Assembly (NCBI GenBank): GCA_951406725.2
Contig: OX597827.1
Coordinates: 75,578,001 to 75,642,000 of the forward strand
Length of the DNA: 64,000 nt
Source: Octopus vulgaris
Taxonomy: Eukaryota
Direction: 5' to 3'
Shown: piece by piece, positions 40,320-52,817 of the stretch
Layout of the letters: each line of letters starts with the position of its first letter
Numbering within the stretch: position 1 is the first letter of the stretch
Notes under the pieces: generated by a model
Databases searched by the model: none
Told to the model about the DNA's origin: nothing
What the model saw: the letters and a program-made list of their open reading frames with translations, nothing else
Translations under genes and position numbers: made by a program

Positions 40320-42840
40320 AAGAAGTGAGAAAATGATTGCCAGCATTAAAAGGCTGCAGAAGACATGGTTATGGTTACAGAAAGGAAGGCTGAAGAAGGA
40401 GACAGAAAGTTTGTTAGTAGCAACACAAGATCAAGCATTAAGGACTAATTAGATAAAAACCAGAAGAGACAAAAACCAAGTACAGGAATGGGAAGATATT
40501 CAAAAGGAGGAGGTCACCCTGGCCCTGATAAAGGCCAGCAACTGGAAGTCACTGGGAATAGATCAAGTACCAAACATTTGGATCAAACAACTAGTTGATA
40601 TACATGGAGATATGTCATCAGAGAAGTCATGAAAAACCCAGAAAATAGCCCAGACTGGTTGACACAAGGAGTGACATACCTAATACCAAATACAAATGAC
40701 ACAGAAAACCGAGAGAACTATAGACCAATCACCTGTCCTCCACCAACAATGTATAAAATATTATCATCTGTAATCACTGAAACAACATACACATTCTTAG
40801 AAGAAAACAACCTGCTACCACCAGAACAAAAAGGTTGTCGAAGAGGGATCTACGGATGGAAGGACCAATTGCTGATTAACAAAATGATCCCTGAAGACTG
40901 CAAAATGAGGAAAACGAACCTGAGCACATGGATCAACTATAAAGAGGCGTTTGATGGTGTACTTCATTCATGGATTCTGAAAGTGATGGAAGTATACAAA
41001 GTATCCCCAACTCTCATCAAGTTTATGAAACACAGCATGAATACATGGGAAACTACGTTGATGCTGAACCATTCCAGTGGATCAATAACAAGCAGACCAA
41101 TCAAAATCAAAAGTGGTATCTTCCAAGGGGACTCGCTGTCACCCTTAATATTCTGCTTGGCACTGGCACCACTAAGTACCAAGCTCAACAAAACCGGGTA
41201 TGGATACAAGATCAATAAAAAAGGAAGTCATCTGTTCTGCATGGATGATGTGAAAATGTACTAAAAAAATGACAAACAACAAGAAGGTCTACTTGCTACG
41301 GTTAAAAAGTTCAGTGATGATATCAGGATGCAGCTTGGACTGGAGAAATACGCGAAAGCCACTTCCATAAGAGACAAACTGGCATCTTCTGTGGATATCC
41401 ACATAGATACATAAGCAAGGATCCGAGCACTGGACCAGGAGAAAGCATATAAATGCCTTGGCAAAGACAAAAGTAACAGCATAAAACATTCAGCAATGAA
41501 AGAGAAGATTAGAAAAGAGTACTACAAGAGAATACGGTTAGTAACAAAGACTGAACTCAATGCTGCAAACAAAATAGAAGCCATTAACACTCTTGCAGTA
41601 CCAATCGTAGCTTACAGTTTCAACATAATCAACTGGCAAATGAGCGAATTAAAGAAGCTAGACTCCAAGACCAGAAAACTACTGACCATGGCTCGAATGA
41701 ACCACCCAAAAGCGGCCGTGAACAGGATTTATTTACCGAGAAGCATGGGAGGAAGAGGACTAACTCAATTAGAATTATCTTACAAAACCACCACTGTAGG
41801 ATTAAATACATATCTTGAGCTGTCAAAAGATCCTCTCATGAAGCTTGTGCACCAGCATGATAAAGTAAAGAAGCTATACTCGGTATACAAAGGATCTGTA
41901 CAGCTTAAGAAACAACTGAAGATGGAGGAATCTAGGGTGAAGGCGAGTGAGAAAGTAACCCAGTTTGCTAAAAGAGTTAAGGAAGAGATGAAAAAACAAG
42001 CCCAGAAGAAGGGCAAATAAGAATGGCTAGAAAAACCAATGCATGGCCGATACCCATGTAGAGTGAAAAAACCAGACATAGAAAAACGAGACACTCATGT
42101 ATGGATGAAGAGCTCAGGACTGAAGGGTTTATCATAGCAGCACAAGATCAAAGCTTGGCAACCAGGGCTTACTACAACAAAATAATGAACGATGGAACTG
42201 ACCCAATGAGCAGGATGAAACAGTGGACCACAGCTTAACTGGATGCACAGCGCTTGCAAAAACTGAATATATTCATAGACATGATAGAGTAGCGCAATAT
42301 ATATGTAAACACTACCAGCTTCCAACTTCAGAAAGATGGTACCAGCATAAACCTGAAACTGTGACGAGAAAAGATGATGTAACACTACTCTGGGACATGC
42401 CAATGAACACCAATAAAGAAATCAAGGCAAACAGGCCGGACATAATCATCAAAGATGGGAAGAATAAGAAATGCTTAATGATAGATGTGACAGTACCATC
42501 AGAGAGAAATGTGTCCATTAGAGAAGTTGAGAAGTTATATAAGTACAAAGACCTAGAAATAGAAGTGACCAAGATGTGGGGAATGAAAAGCAGCACAGCA
42601 CCAGTGGTGATTGGAGCATTAGGGCTAATTAAAAAGGGCCTTGATAAGCAGCTCCATAAACTCCCTTGCAGTGTTAATGTAGGAGAACTTCAGAAAATAG
42701 TGTTGCTAGGTTCCGCATACATTTTACGCCGTGTACTCTCCATGAGATGAGGACCTGCTGTGACCCTAGGGTCAAGGGATGACCCTGGCTCAGCAGAAGA
42801 CAATGGACTATATTTTATTTTTAAAAAATAATAATAATAA
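40320..42840 (+). mobile_element. R4/Dong-like non-LTR retrotransposon (RT + restriction-like endonuclease), degenerate
   Basis: ENYRPITC, EQKGCRRG, GIFQGDSLSPLIFCLAL, HLFCMDDVK, LPRSMGGRGL, HSLTGC..YIHRHD, RPDIIIKD..IDVTVP..EKLYKYKDL; (TAA)n tail. Confidence 0.85.
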
Positions 42841-43362
42841 TAGCACAATGCAAGTACAAAAGCCGCCATGACAATGTGCCAAGAATGATCCATTGGGAAC
42901 TTTGTGGAAGTCATGGCCAACAAAGAATCAAGACGTGGTATGAACAAACTCCAGGAGTCACCAAAAATTGCAAATTCCTGTGGGATGCAATGATCCAGTG
43001 TGGTCATCTGTCCAGACATCAGAAACCAGACATTGTTGTGGCGAATGAAAAAAGAAAGAACATGTATGATAATCGACAAAGCATGCCCTGGTGACTACAG
43101 GATCAAAGAGAAAGAAGAAGAAAAAATAAACAACTATGACGATTTGAAGTGGGAAATACAAAGTCTGTGGTCAATGAAGAGAGTAGACATGATACCAATA
43201 GTAACTGGTGCCCTTGGAAGTATCAGCACTCAACTACCAACATGGCTGAGAATGGTGTAAGTGTGAAGGTAGAACAGCTAGAAAAATCAGCATTGCTTGG
43301 AACTGCAAGAATTCTTTGCAGGGTTCTTGAAGCATGACCTGTAATAATAATAATAATAATAA
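42841..43362 (+). mobile_element. R4/Dong-like 3' fragment (REL endonuclease)
   Basis: FLWDAMIQ..KPDIVV, IIDKACP..EKINNYDDLKWEI..IPIVTGALG; ends in (TAA)n. Confidence 0.75.
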
Positions 43363-44170
43363 AGTTAGATTAATATTGAAAACAGAACTCAAAGAGAAAA
43401 ACAAGATAATAGATATCAACGCTGTAGCTGTCCCAGTTATAAGTTACAGCTACAATATTCTTAACTGGACTCTAAATGAACTAATCAAAATAGACAGGAA
43501 AACAAAAAATATGACCAAATTTAGGATGCACCACCCAAAATCTGAAATAGAAAGCCTGTATATGCAATGTACTGAAAGTGGTAAAGGCCTTATACAGCTA
43601 GAAAACTATTATAAAGTTACCACCATAAGACTATAGAAACACCTACTTCAGAAGCAAGGAAAACTAATACAAATTGTCACAAAACACAAGCAAAACAAAA
43701 AATTGTTTTCTGTCTTTAAGAAAGTTGAAAAATACAAATAAAAAGTCATAGTACCTAAAAACTATGAAGAAAAAGAAGAAACAACAAAAGCTGTAAAATA
43801 ACTGAAATTCAAACTAAAACTGGGACAACAGCAAATCATAAAACAATGGCAAATATTGGGTTGAACTAAAGATAAATAGACAAAGCAAAATCCCAACAAT
43901 GGCTGAGAGGCTCAGGACTCAAAACAGAGACTGAAGGATTTTTAATGGCAGCACAAGATCAAAGCCTTCCCACCAGAAATCACTGAAAACAAATAATGAA
44001 AAGAAATACAACTGAAGAATATGTGGTGATGGGGAAGAAGCAATAAATCATATCGTCTCAAGCTGCCCAGTCCTGGCTAAGAAAGAATATATTCACAGAC
44101 ATGACAGAGTTGGGACCTACATACACTGGAAGCTATGCCAAAACTATGAAATGACAAAAGAAAAATGATG
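43363..44170 (+). mobile_element. R4/Dong-like internal fragment
   Basis: LILKTEL..NAVAVPVISYSY..MHHPK; later [16 protein letters not shown] and HIVSSCPVLAKKEYIHRHD. Confidence 0.75.
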
Positions 44171-46232
44171 GTAAAGGCACATTAGGTATGATAAAAAAAC
44201 AAAACATTCAGACAAATGCATAACCCAGACACCAGGACTTACAAGTGTATGTAACACAAAAAACAGCACCAGTAGGCACCACACACATCCAATGTAAAAC
44301 ACTTTCAATACAATGAAACTAAAACCACCACAACAAACCACAGCACATACCCAAGGCACACAGAGCAGCACTCAGTAGTGCAGTGAAAGTACATGATAAA
44401 AATAAGACTACTGAATAATGATGATGATGATGATGGAATACCTAGCACTGGCTCTCCTGGCTTCTGATCTTAATTGATATTGAAAGTGTTATCATGTACA
44501 TGTTTTGTCTTGGTATAAAAGATGGGCTACAGAAAATATTCTGCTCAGTACTACAGATTTTCTTGTCAGTTGTTTGACCTTAACCAGTTGAGCAAGTCCC
44601 TGACAATATGTGCATCTCTGATCACGAGCAGAAGTAGAGAGGGAGCATCATAGCCATGTGTTGAGAGGAATTCTTTGGAGTGTAAATAATTTACCATTGG
44701 AAACTTGGGTTCTTTGTTCAACATCCTTAAACAAGCCTCATTCAGGAACCTTTTGAATAGAATGGGATATTCGACCTGAAGAAAATTCTAACTGGGCCCC
44801 ACCTGCAAGATCATGCGCTGTTTATCTTGATATGAGATCACCATGTCATGCACAAATGGTTGTGATGCATGTGCCTCGTGTACGCTTATCAAACAGGTAG
44901 TCATGATGGGTATTCTGGGCTTCATACATCTATACCTCAGTGTCACTTTGATGGCATGCACTGTTCTCTCACTCAATAATAATAATCCTTTCAGTTAGAG
45001 GCACAAGGCTTGAAATTTGGGGGAGGGAGATAGTCAATTCCATCAAACCCAGTACTCAACTGGTACTTATTTTTGTGACCCCAAAGTGATGAAAGGGACA
45101 GTCAACCTCAGCGTAAATTAAACTGAGAATGTAAAGACAGACGAAATTCCACTAAGCATTTTGGCTGCTCACCACCTTACTCAATAATAATTATATGGCA
45201 AAATGCAAGCAAGAGAAATAATATTCTTAAGATTATAAACCTGGAAAAGTACAGGACAAGTTAATACACTTGGAAAAGTATAGAACAAGAAAATTTTTAC
45301 TCAAAATATTGCAGCTAAGGATAAAATTTCAAATAAAATATTTAGATTTAGAAAATATTAGCTTTTATTAATACTAAAAAATTTATTGCAAGTTATTACT
45401 TCCGTTTGTTATTATTTGTTACCTCTATTATTAAAAAAAATAACTCGAAATATTTTTTTGCATTTTAAAAACATTTTTTAATTATTAATTAATAATTAGA
45501 AATTTGAAAATAGGTTATAAAAAAAGTTGTACATAATTAGTGAGTACAATAAATAGAATAATACAAAAATTAGTTCTATATTACAGTAGAATCTACCTAT
45601 AACAACAAATTCACAGTAAAATTTGCTTGAGTTCTTGCTTAAGTTACTGCCAAGTCTTCACATTTTTAGTCGTGACCCAATGCCTAATTATATACCATAT
45701 ATACTATTCTACTTTGCATAAAACTTTTGATATGGCTCTGTGATAAGAAGTTTAATTCCCAACCACATGGTTTTGGGTTCAATCCCAGAGTGTGACAACT
45801 TAGGCCCCTAACAGACCAAAGCCTTGTAAGTGGATTTGATAGACAGAAACTAAAAGATCCCCATCATATGTGTGTGTGTGTGTGTCCCCTTGTCTTGACA
45901 TCGTATATTAATTGTAAATGATTGTCACTGTCAAAGAAGCAGCGTCACTCATTTCCAGTATTCTGCAAAATAAGGAAATATTACCTTCCAATATTCTGTG
46001 AGAACAATTCTATTCCATAAGGAGATGTTACCTTGCTTGGAAACAGGTAAGGGTTAGATACAGGGAAGACATCTAGCTATAAGAAATTTTTGCCTTGAAT
46101 AAACACCATTCAACTCATGCAAGTATGGAAAAGTGGACATTAAATGACAATTATATTTGCTAATCATGTGTTCATTAAAATTGTCGGTAAAGGAATGGTA
46201 ATGAAATGATCTATTCTGACAGAACAGATATG

Positions 46233-46592
46233 TCTCTCTTTACTCTTTTACTTGTTTCAGTCATTTGACTGTGGCCATGCTGGAGCACCGCCTTTAGTCG
46301 AGCAAATCGACCCCAGGACTTATTCTTAGTAAGCCTAGTACTTATTCTATCAGTCTCTTTTGCCGAACTGCTAAGTTACAGGGACGTAAACACACACATA
46401 CACACATACATATATACATATATATACGACGGGCTTCTTTCAGTTTCCGTCTACCAAATCCACTCACAAGGCTTTGGTTGACCCGAGGCTATAGTGGAAG
46501 ATACTTGCCCAAGGTGCCACGCAGTGGGACTGAACCCTGAACCATGTGGTTCGTAAGCAAAGTTACTTACCACACAGCCACTCCTACGCCTA
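46233..46592 (-). mobile_element. tRNA-derived SINE, family A
   Basis: Reverse-complement match to 22270-22655. Confidence 0.85.
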
Positions 46593-47199
46593 TGTCTATT
46601 GAGTTTATTAGTTTTCTACGTCCATAAATAAGTTTAAAAATATAACTCTGCTGAAACAGAGATGACTATTTTCGAAAAAGTTGTTCCTCTTTGTATAGAA
46701 GTCGCGCCAACATTACTGAATGCTATTCTCAGTGCCAAGCGATGTTATTACCAGAAATTAAAGTGGTCTCCCTTGAACGCATGCCTGTCGCAGCTGTGCG
46801 TGGGCGCGTCTTTTACAATAACACTTCCTTGATCTGCTAACTGGCAAGACGGATGCTATCCTACGGCAATACAATCAATGCCAGTTCCTCTTCATCTCAC
46901 TGACCTTATTCTGTCCGCTCACCACATCCTGATCTCCTCATAAGTGCAACATTCCTTCTTAACTTTTCACAATTCAATAGCAAATTGCAACATTCCAAGT
47001 CGTACCACGAGTGCCTTTCAATAAAATATTTCCCGTGAGGATGGCGAACAGATTGTCAAGTCTAACATAATTTAGATAGTTTAACATTATTAAACTTTCC
47101 AATTACAATGCAGAAGCCAAAATCGATTTGTTGATCAGTGGGGTTATCAGTTTGAGAACCTGTGTCTCAATCCCAGAAATCAATTACAATAGAGCGATA

Positions 47200-47436
47200 A
47201 AAATTACATTATTTACATTTGACGAATATTTGTCCTCATCTTGTTTGTTGTTAACACGTTTCGGCTGATATACCCTCCAGCCTTCATCGGGTGTTTTGGG
47301 GAAATTTCGAACCTGGGTTCTCATTCCTAACGTATTTTTCGGTGTTGTTATTATTATCGTTATTATTCAGGTCACTGCCTGGAATCGAACTCGGAATCTT
47401 GGGGTTAGTAGCCCGCGCTCAACCGCTACGGCATAT
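47200..47436 (-). mobile_element. tRNA-derived SINE (family D)
   Basis: Minus-strand head tgccgtagcggttgagcgcgggctactaaccccaagattccgagttcgattcc with A/B boxes, followed by a non-tRNA body. Confidence 0.6.
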
Positions 47437-47438
47437 GC

Positions 47439-48439
47439 TTAACACCCGACCACCAAAACAAAAAAAAATCGCAATAAGTATGAAAAAAAAATGTGAATTA
47501 AAGGAATATGAGAACAAAAATTTGTGCCAACGAATTGGAGGTGGGGGTGAAAGGACTTTCAGAAAATTCACAAGATCCGAATTTTTTCCCTCATAACATT
47601 CAGGAAAATTGATATCCTTGATTGAAATTTTTATACAAATACATTTCAAACAGTATGAAGAAATTTGTGGAGAAAAATTTTTTTTCCGAGGTAGTGGGGG
47701 TGGACTTTCGGAAAATTCACACGATCCGATTTTTTACCTCATAACTTTTAGGAAATTGGATCTTTTAATGAAATTTTATATAAATACCTTTCAAATGGCA
47801 TTGATTAAGATTATAAAAAAATTTGTAGGGGAAAGTTTTTTTTTTCCGAGTGGGTGGTCAGAGGACTTTCGAAGAGAAAGTTCTAAAATATTTTTACGCT
47901 TGAGCGTAATGGAAGTTTTAAAAAAAATTAGATTCATTCATTTTTCGTTTGAGTAATAGAAAAAGGTTTTTAAAAAGATCCCATGTATTATGATGGGAGA
48001 AACAAATTCATAAATACGGTGTTGAATATAGTTTCACTATGGAAAAATGTTAAGGGCAATTTAGCACATCCCTACCGTTGGGATCTTTTTTAAAACCTTT
48101 TTCTCAAACGAAAAATAAATAAATCTAAAGATTTACCCAATTTTTTTTCAAACTTTTTTCTATTACACTAAAGCTAAAAAAATCATCTCCCCACTCCCTC
48201 CGAAAAAATTTTCCCCACAAATTTCTTTATAATCGTAATCTATGTCGTTTGAAAGGTATCTACATAAAATTTCATGAAAAGATATCCATTTTCCTAAAAG
48301 TTATAAGGCAAAAAATCGGATTTTGTGAATTTTCCGAAAATCCTGTCCCCCCCCCCCCGGGTCGTTGGCGCAAATTTTTGTTTTCATATTCGTTTAAAAC
48401 ACCTTTTTTTTTTTTTTTTTTTTCGTGGCCGAGTGTTAA
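47439..48439. mobile_element. About 1-kb fold-back MITE bounded by TTAA
   Basis: TTAAcacccgaccac ... gtggccgagtgTTAA with long imperfect inverted arms; one-arm copies at about 8960-9300 and 12220-12572. Confidence 0.65.
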
Positions 48440-48784
48440 AGTAAGCATTAATCCGATAAAGTGCTTTTGAAAACAAGAATGAAGATACGACAGATACTGA
48501 AACAGAAACAATCCCCAGTTAGTGTTATTAAAAGACTTTTGGCTGTTAGAATGTATGACAACGAAATATTTTTTTTTAAAGGCTGTATCAGATGGATATG
48601 AAATATATCACTTTGAGCTATCCATTACAAATATATCAAAATATATCGAGGAAATGCTAAACTAGTGTATACATTCAGGTACTCATCTACGCGGGACAGC
48701 ATTCATTTACCCTAACTTTCGCAGATTCTTTTTAATGGCCTTTTAATCCCTGACCGGGATGTCTAATACACAGTTCCTATAATA

Positions 48785-49310
48785 CTTTCTACTATAGGAA
48801 CAGAGCCTGAAATTTTGCGTGAGTCGATTATATCGACCCTAGTGCATAACTGGTATTTCATTTATCGACCTCGAAAGGATGAAGGACAAAGTCGACTGGG
48901 CAGAATTTGAACTCAGAACGTAGCGGCAGACGAAATACCTATTTCTTTACTACCCACAAGGGGCAGAGGGAACAAACAAGGAAAGACAAACGGATTAAGT
49001 CGATTATATCAACCCCAGTGCCTAACTGGTACTTATTTAATCGATCCTGAAAGGATGAAAAGCAAAGTCGACCTCGGCGGAATTTGAACTCAGAACGTAG
49101 CGGTAGACGAAATACTTATTTCTTTACTACCCAGAGGGGGCTAAACACAGAGGGGACAAACGGATTAAGTCGATTACATCTACCCCAGTGCGTAACTGGT
49201 ATTTAATTTATCGACCACGAAAGGATGAAAGGCAAAGTCGACCTCGGCGGAATTTGAACTCAGAACCTAGTGGTAGACGAGATACCGCTAAGCGTTTCAC
49301 TCGCTGCTTT
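48785..49310 (-). mobile_element. SINE family B with internally triplicated body and about 17-bp TSD
   Basis: Three tandem bodies; flanked by acacagttcctataata / acacggttcctataata; the empty site is visible at 18502. Confidence 0.8.
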
Positions 49311-50274
49311 ACACGGTTCCTATAATAAAGGTGATTAAACCACGAACATGATTAACCTTAATATGCTGATAATTAAGTATAGTCGGCGTAACTACAATCG
49401 TCTTTGTTTCCCATAACTTTCTTTAAAATGCATTTTTTACTGAAATTTTTCAGATGGTGAACATTACAATTATGGGTAAATGGCAGATGAAAAACAAGTC
49501 GTTTCGTTTTCTTGGGAGAATCATTTCCGCTTCCCACCGAACTTTATTAAAATCATGCGTTTAACGAAATTTTCAAGAGATACGTTATATCTTACAATGG
49601 TTTTAACAATTTTTTTAACAATAAATTTATTCGCAATCAACACTATTGAATACGTATTTCTAGAAAATGCCATTAAAGATGTACGTTTTAAGAAAGGTAT
49701 AGGGGAAATCAAAATCGATAGGGCGCCTTCTGTAGCTATCCAGCACAGTTAAATCCATCATATATACTTGTCTGTATTCTGAAGGAAATTCATTGCTGAA
49801 AGGTTGGTTTTAATGTTGCAGAACCACCTTATCATTAATATCCATCACGTAACACGCCTTTCTATCTTTATCATACACTACAAACACACAAAGTAATCCA
49901 GCCTTAATTTTGTGTTTGAAAATTAAGATTCCTCCAATTACATTCACTTACCATTTCAGCAAGTTTATTATCAACAATATATCGTTGCGTTGAAGTTCGT
50001 TGTTTTCTTAGTTGCCTCCAAATAAGAGTCTTCATTTCTGATAAATTTATGGCTTGTTGTAGCACAGAATTTTGTCAGTGATCAGGTCGCGGTCCCAAAG
50101 CGACGAAAATATTTTGGCAAATTAAATTTTAATTTTGAAGTAAATCTAACGGTTTTTGTGTGTTTTTTAAACGGTTTTCAAACACCTTCCGCGCTGCAAT
50201 TGTTTTGGTTTCAGCACACGATCTCAGATCAGGTCATTTGCTATGCAAGTACATCTCCGTAATATAAATATATA

Positions 50275-50607
50275 AAGGGTAAAGACCCCCTTCGGTCATG
50301 AATGACCATGGGATTGCACCTAGAAAGTTACCCTCCTAGACACAAGTCCGGGCAAGGTTGTTTATGGAAGACCAGCAGTCGCCCATGCATACCGGATTCC
50401 CCTCTCCACGCCACCAGTGTTATCCAAGGGAAAGACAAAGGTCGATACAGCTTGGCACCAGAGACGTCGCAACTCATTTCTAAGGCTGAGTGAACTGGAG
50501 AAACGTGAAATAAAGTGTCTTGCTTAAGAACACAACACGCAGCCCGGTCCGGGATTCGAGCTCACAACCTCACGATCGTAAGGTCGACGTTCTAACCACT
50601 GAGCCAT
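50275..50607 (-). mobile_element. tRNA-derived SINE
   Basis: Minus-strand head atggctcagtggttagaacgtcgacc..gagctcgaatcccggacc. Confidence 0.7.
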
Positions 50608-51199
50608 ATATATATATATAAAGATTATATACAACCGGTGTTTAGCATTAGGGTTACGCCGAAAACGGGTGGTGTGTGTATTCTTTACCTCCGTATTCTT
50701 TACGCCATATATGTGTGTGTGCGCGCGCGTATATATATATATATACATATGAAATTATACTGATTGATACTATCCGTAACTAAAACAAAAAATATATATA
50801 TTTATGATAAAAAAATTTATGTAAATATCAAAAAGTGAAGATTTGTAGTCGACAATAAAAATAATGAAGGAAAGAGTCGCATACTTCCGCGTTTGACATG
50901 ATGTTACTTTAAGACGGCAACTTTCCAAAGTGAAAATCGAAAGTAATCTGTCCGTTGAAAAGGATTCAATAATTGGAATGTAATGTCTGTTGATAATGCA
51001 TTATTTCGCTTTTCGCATGTCGATGTTTAATATCAGTCCACAACGTAAGAATTATGCCGTTTAGTGTAGGATAATTTCATTTTTGAAGTGTCGATTCTTT
51101 ATGTCCATATCAAAAAGTGTATCGGTGAAACTGTATTTTTTTTTATATATTAACAAACAACATTGTAAAATCTGCGCGTTATTCTTCCTTCTTTTCTTT

Positions 51200-51856
51200 T
51201 TAAGGGTCTTCAATACATTCAAGTATTTTATTCATGTTGAAATTGCAATGAACAGAACAGTAATTGATGGCTTTTATAAGTTTTGTTAATCCACCACGTC
51301 CAAGGGTTTCTCTTTGCCTCCAGAAATTAAATATCTCAAACATCTGGTTTCGTGTGCTGTGTGGGTTGTTTGCCTTAGCAATACTAATTTTTACGCTATC
51401 AATATCTAATTCGGCAGCAACAGATTCCCATCCAGAGCCTATAAACATCAAAATACGATTTAACATTTTCTCATTCAAATCTATATTTTTAACACGTTCA
51501 AGGATATTACTTTTGTCACTTTCGTCATTCGGCACACTGTCATCAGCATTTTCCACGGTTAATGCTAAACTCTGGTTATGTTCTCTTAGACATTTCACAA
51601 ATCCATCGAATATTTTTGACTTATTCTGTTTATCCTGGCTTTCCACTTTGCGGTGAATAACGTCTAGTAATTTCCGAGCTTTGTCTTGTTCAGTCTTTTC
51701 TGCTTGAATTACATTCTTTTCCTCGGAGGTGATAAACGATTGAGATAAAAAATGATCAACCATGTTTTTTATAGTCACATCATCAAGCCCCTGCACAAGA
51801 TCCATACGACATCGTTCAATTTTAATTGAGTTTCTGAGCTGCTGTTTGTTAGCCAT
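51200..51856 (-). CDS. CARD + death domain adaptor protein B (218 aa), recent paralog of A
   Basis: Intact ORF collinear with 21228-21923; CARD KARKLLDVI..FDGFVKCLRE and DD IGSGWESVAAELDI..NQMFEIFNFWRQ. Confidence 0.85.
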   Translation of the reverse strand: MANKQQLRNSIKIERCRMDLVQGLDDVTIKNMVDHFLSQSFITSEEKNVIQAEKTEQDKARKLLDVIHRKVESQDKQNKSKIFDGFVKCLREHNQSLALTVENADDSVPNDESDKSNILERVKNIDLNEKMLNRILMFIGSGWESVAAELDIDSVKISIAKANNPHSTRNQMFEIFNFWRQRETLGRGGLTKLIKAINYCSVHCNFNMNKILECIEDP

Positions 51857-52817
51857 CGTGCTCTGAGTATGATTAGACAGTCAGTTTTCTACGTGGATAC
51901 ACTAAAAAAGTTTGCCGTTCAACTTCTTTATGCAGCGACGTCTGCGCATGCACACTGAATGTGTTGACGCTCGAAAATGCTGTAATGTGGGTCAATTTCG
52001 CGTATAAATTTCATTTCCATATCATACAACTTGTGCTCAGCTCGGAGTTATAACGCAAGAACTGTCGTTAAGCCCAAAGTATAAACGTGTATTAAAGTTA
52101 ATTAAAATAAACATAATTATGTACATGCATTCCGACACGCTATCTGAAAACTGTGGCGGGAGAAATCGCTTATACGGAACCTCATATTTGACTGATATTT
52201 TATTTCATCGCCTCTGGAGAAAAGTTAATATTTTCTAATCGTTTTCTAGTTGCAACAAAAACCCCACCTAACCAACACATTTTCACCTCGTTGATTTAAT
52301 CTATCAGGTGGAATTTTGTTCTTGTACACTAAAAACACAGTTGTTTGGGTTGGTCTACCCTATATACACTTATTTTCCCCCATCTAAAATTGCTAGTTAT
52401 TTAGTCCAGAGAGAAGAGACCATATCCATAACGTTTGCATACCCTTAAGTCACTGAGACGATGCGGTTGTTGATAGTTGCAGGTAAAATGCGGATAGAAA
52501 ACGTTACAGTTGTAAGGAAAGATAGTGAGAAGAAAGCAAAGGGCGGGAATTTGTAGATGAGAGAGAGGGTAGGAGTGGTATAAGAGAAACGGGTGAATTC
52601 AGTTTATAACAGGATTTTCGGAATAGTCACGTGCCCTATGAGAACAGAAAAGAATACCCTTCCACTTTGCAGCGAGTCATTCCTAAACATCGCCTACTGG
52701 AGATGTATAACGCACGGTGTCCTGGATGGGAGAACCAGGAAGTGTTACGCGAGAAGTGCTCGAATGTTTGTAACTAACATAAACTCAAGGGAGATCACTC
52801 TCAGTTCCGGTAAGGAA

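Noticed and set aside
47370-47436. tRNA genes at SINE heads (also near 50560, 61480, 22270)
   Set aside because: A/B boxes are present but run into SINE bodies without a complete cloverleaf.
52593-52817. 75-aa N-terminal extension of the 302-aa ORF
   Set aside because: Starts at GTG, has no homology to the paralogs and overlaps repeat-like sequence; ATG 52818 aligns with the paralog starts.
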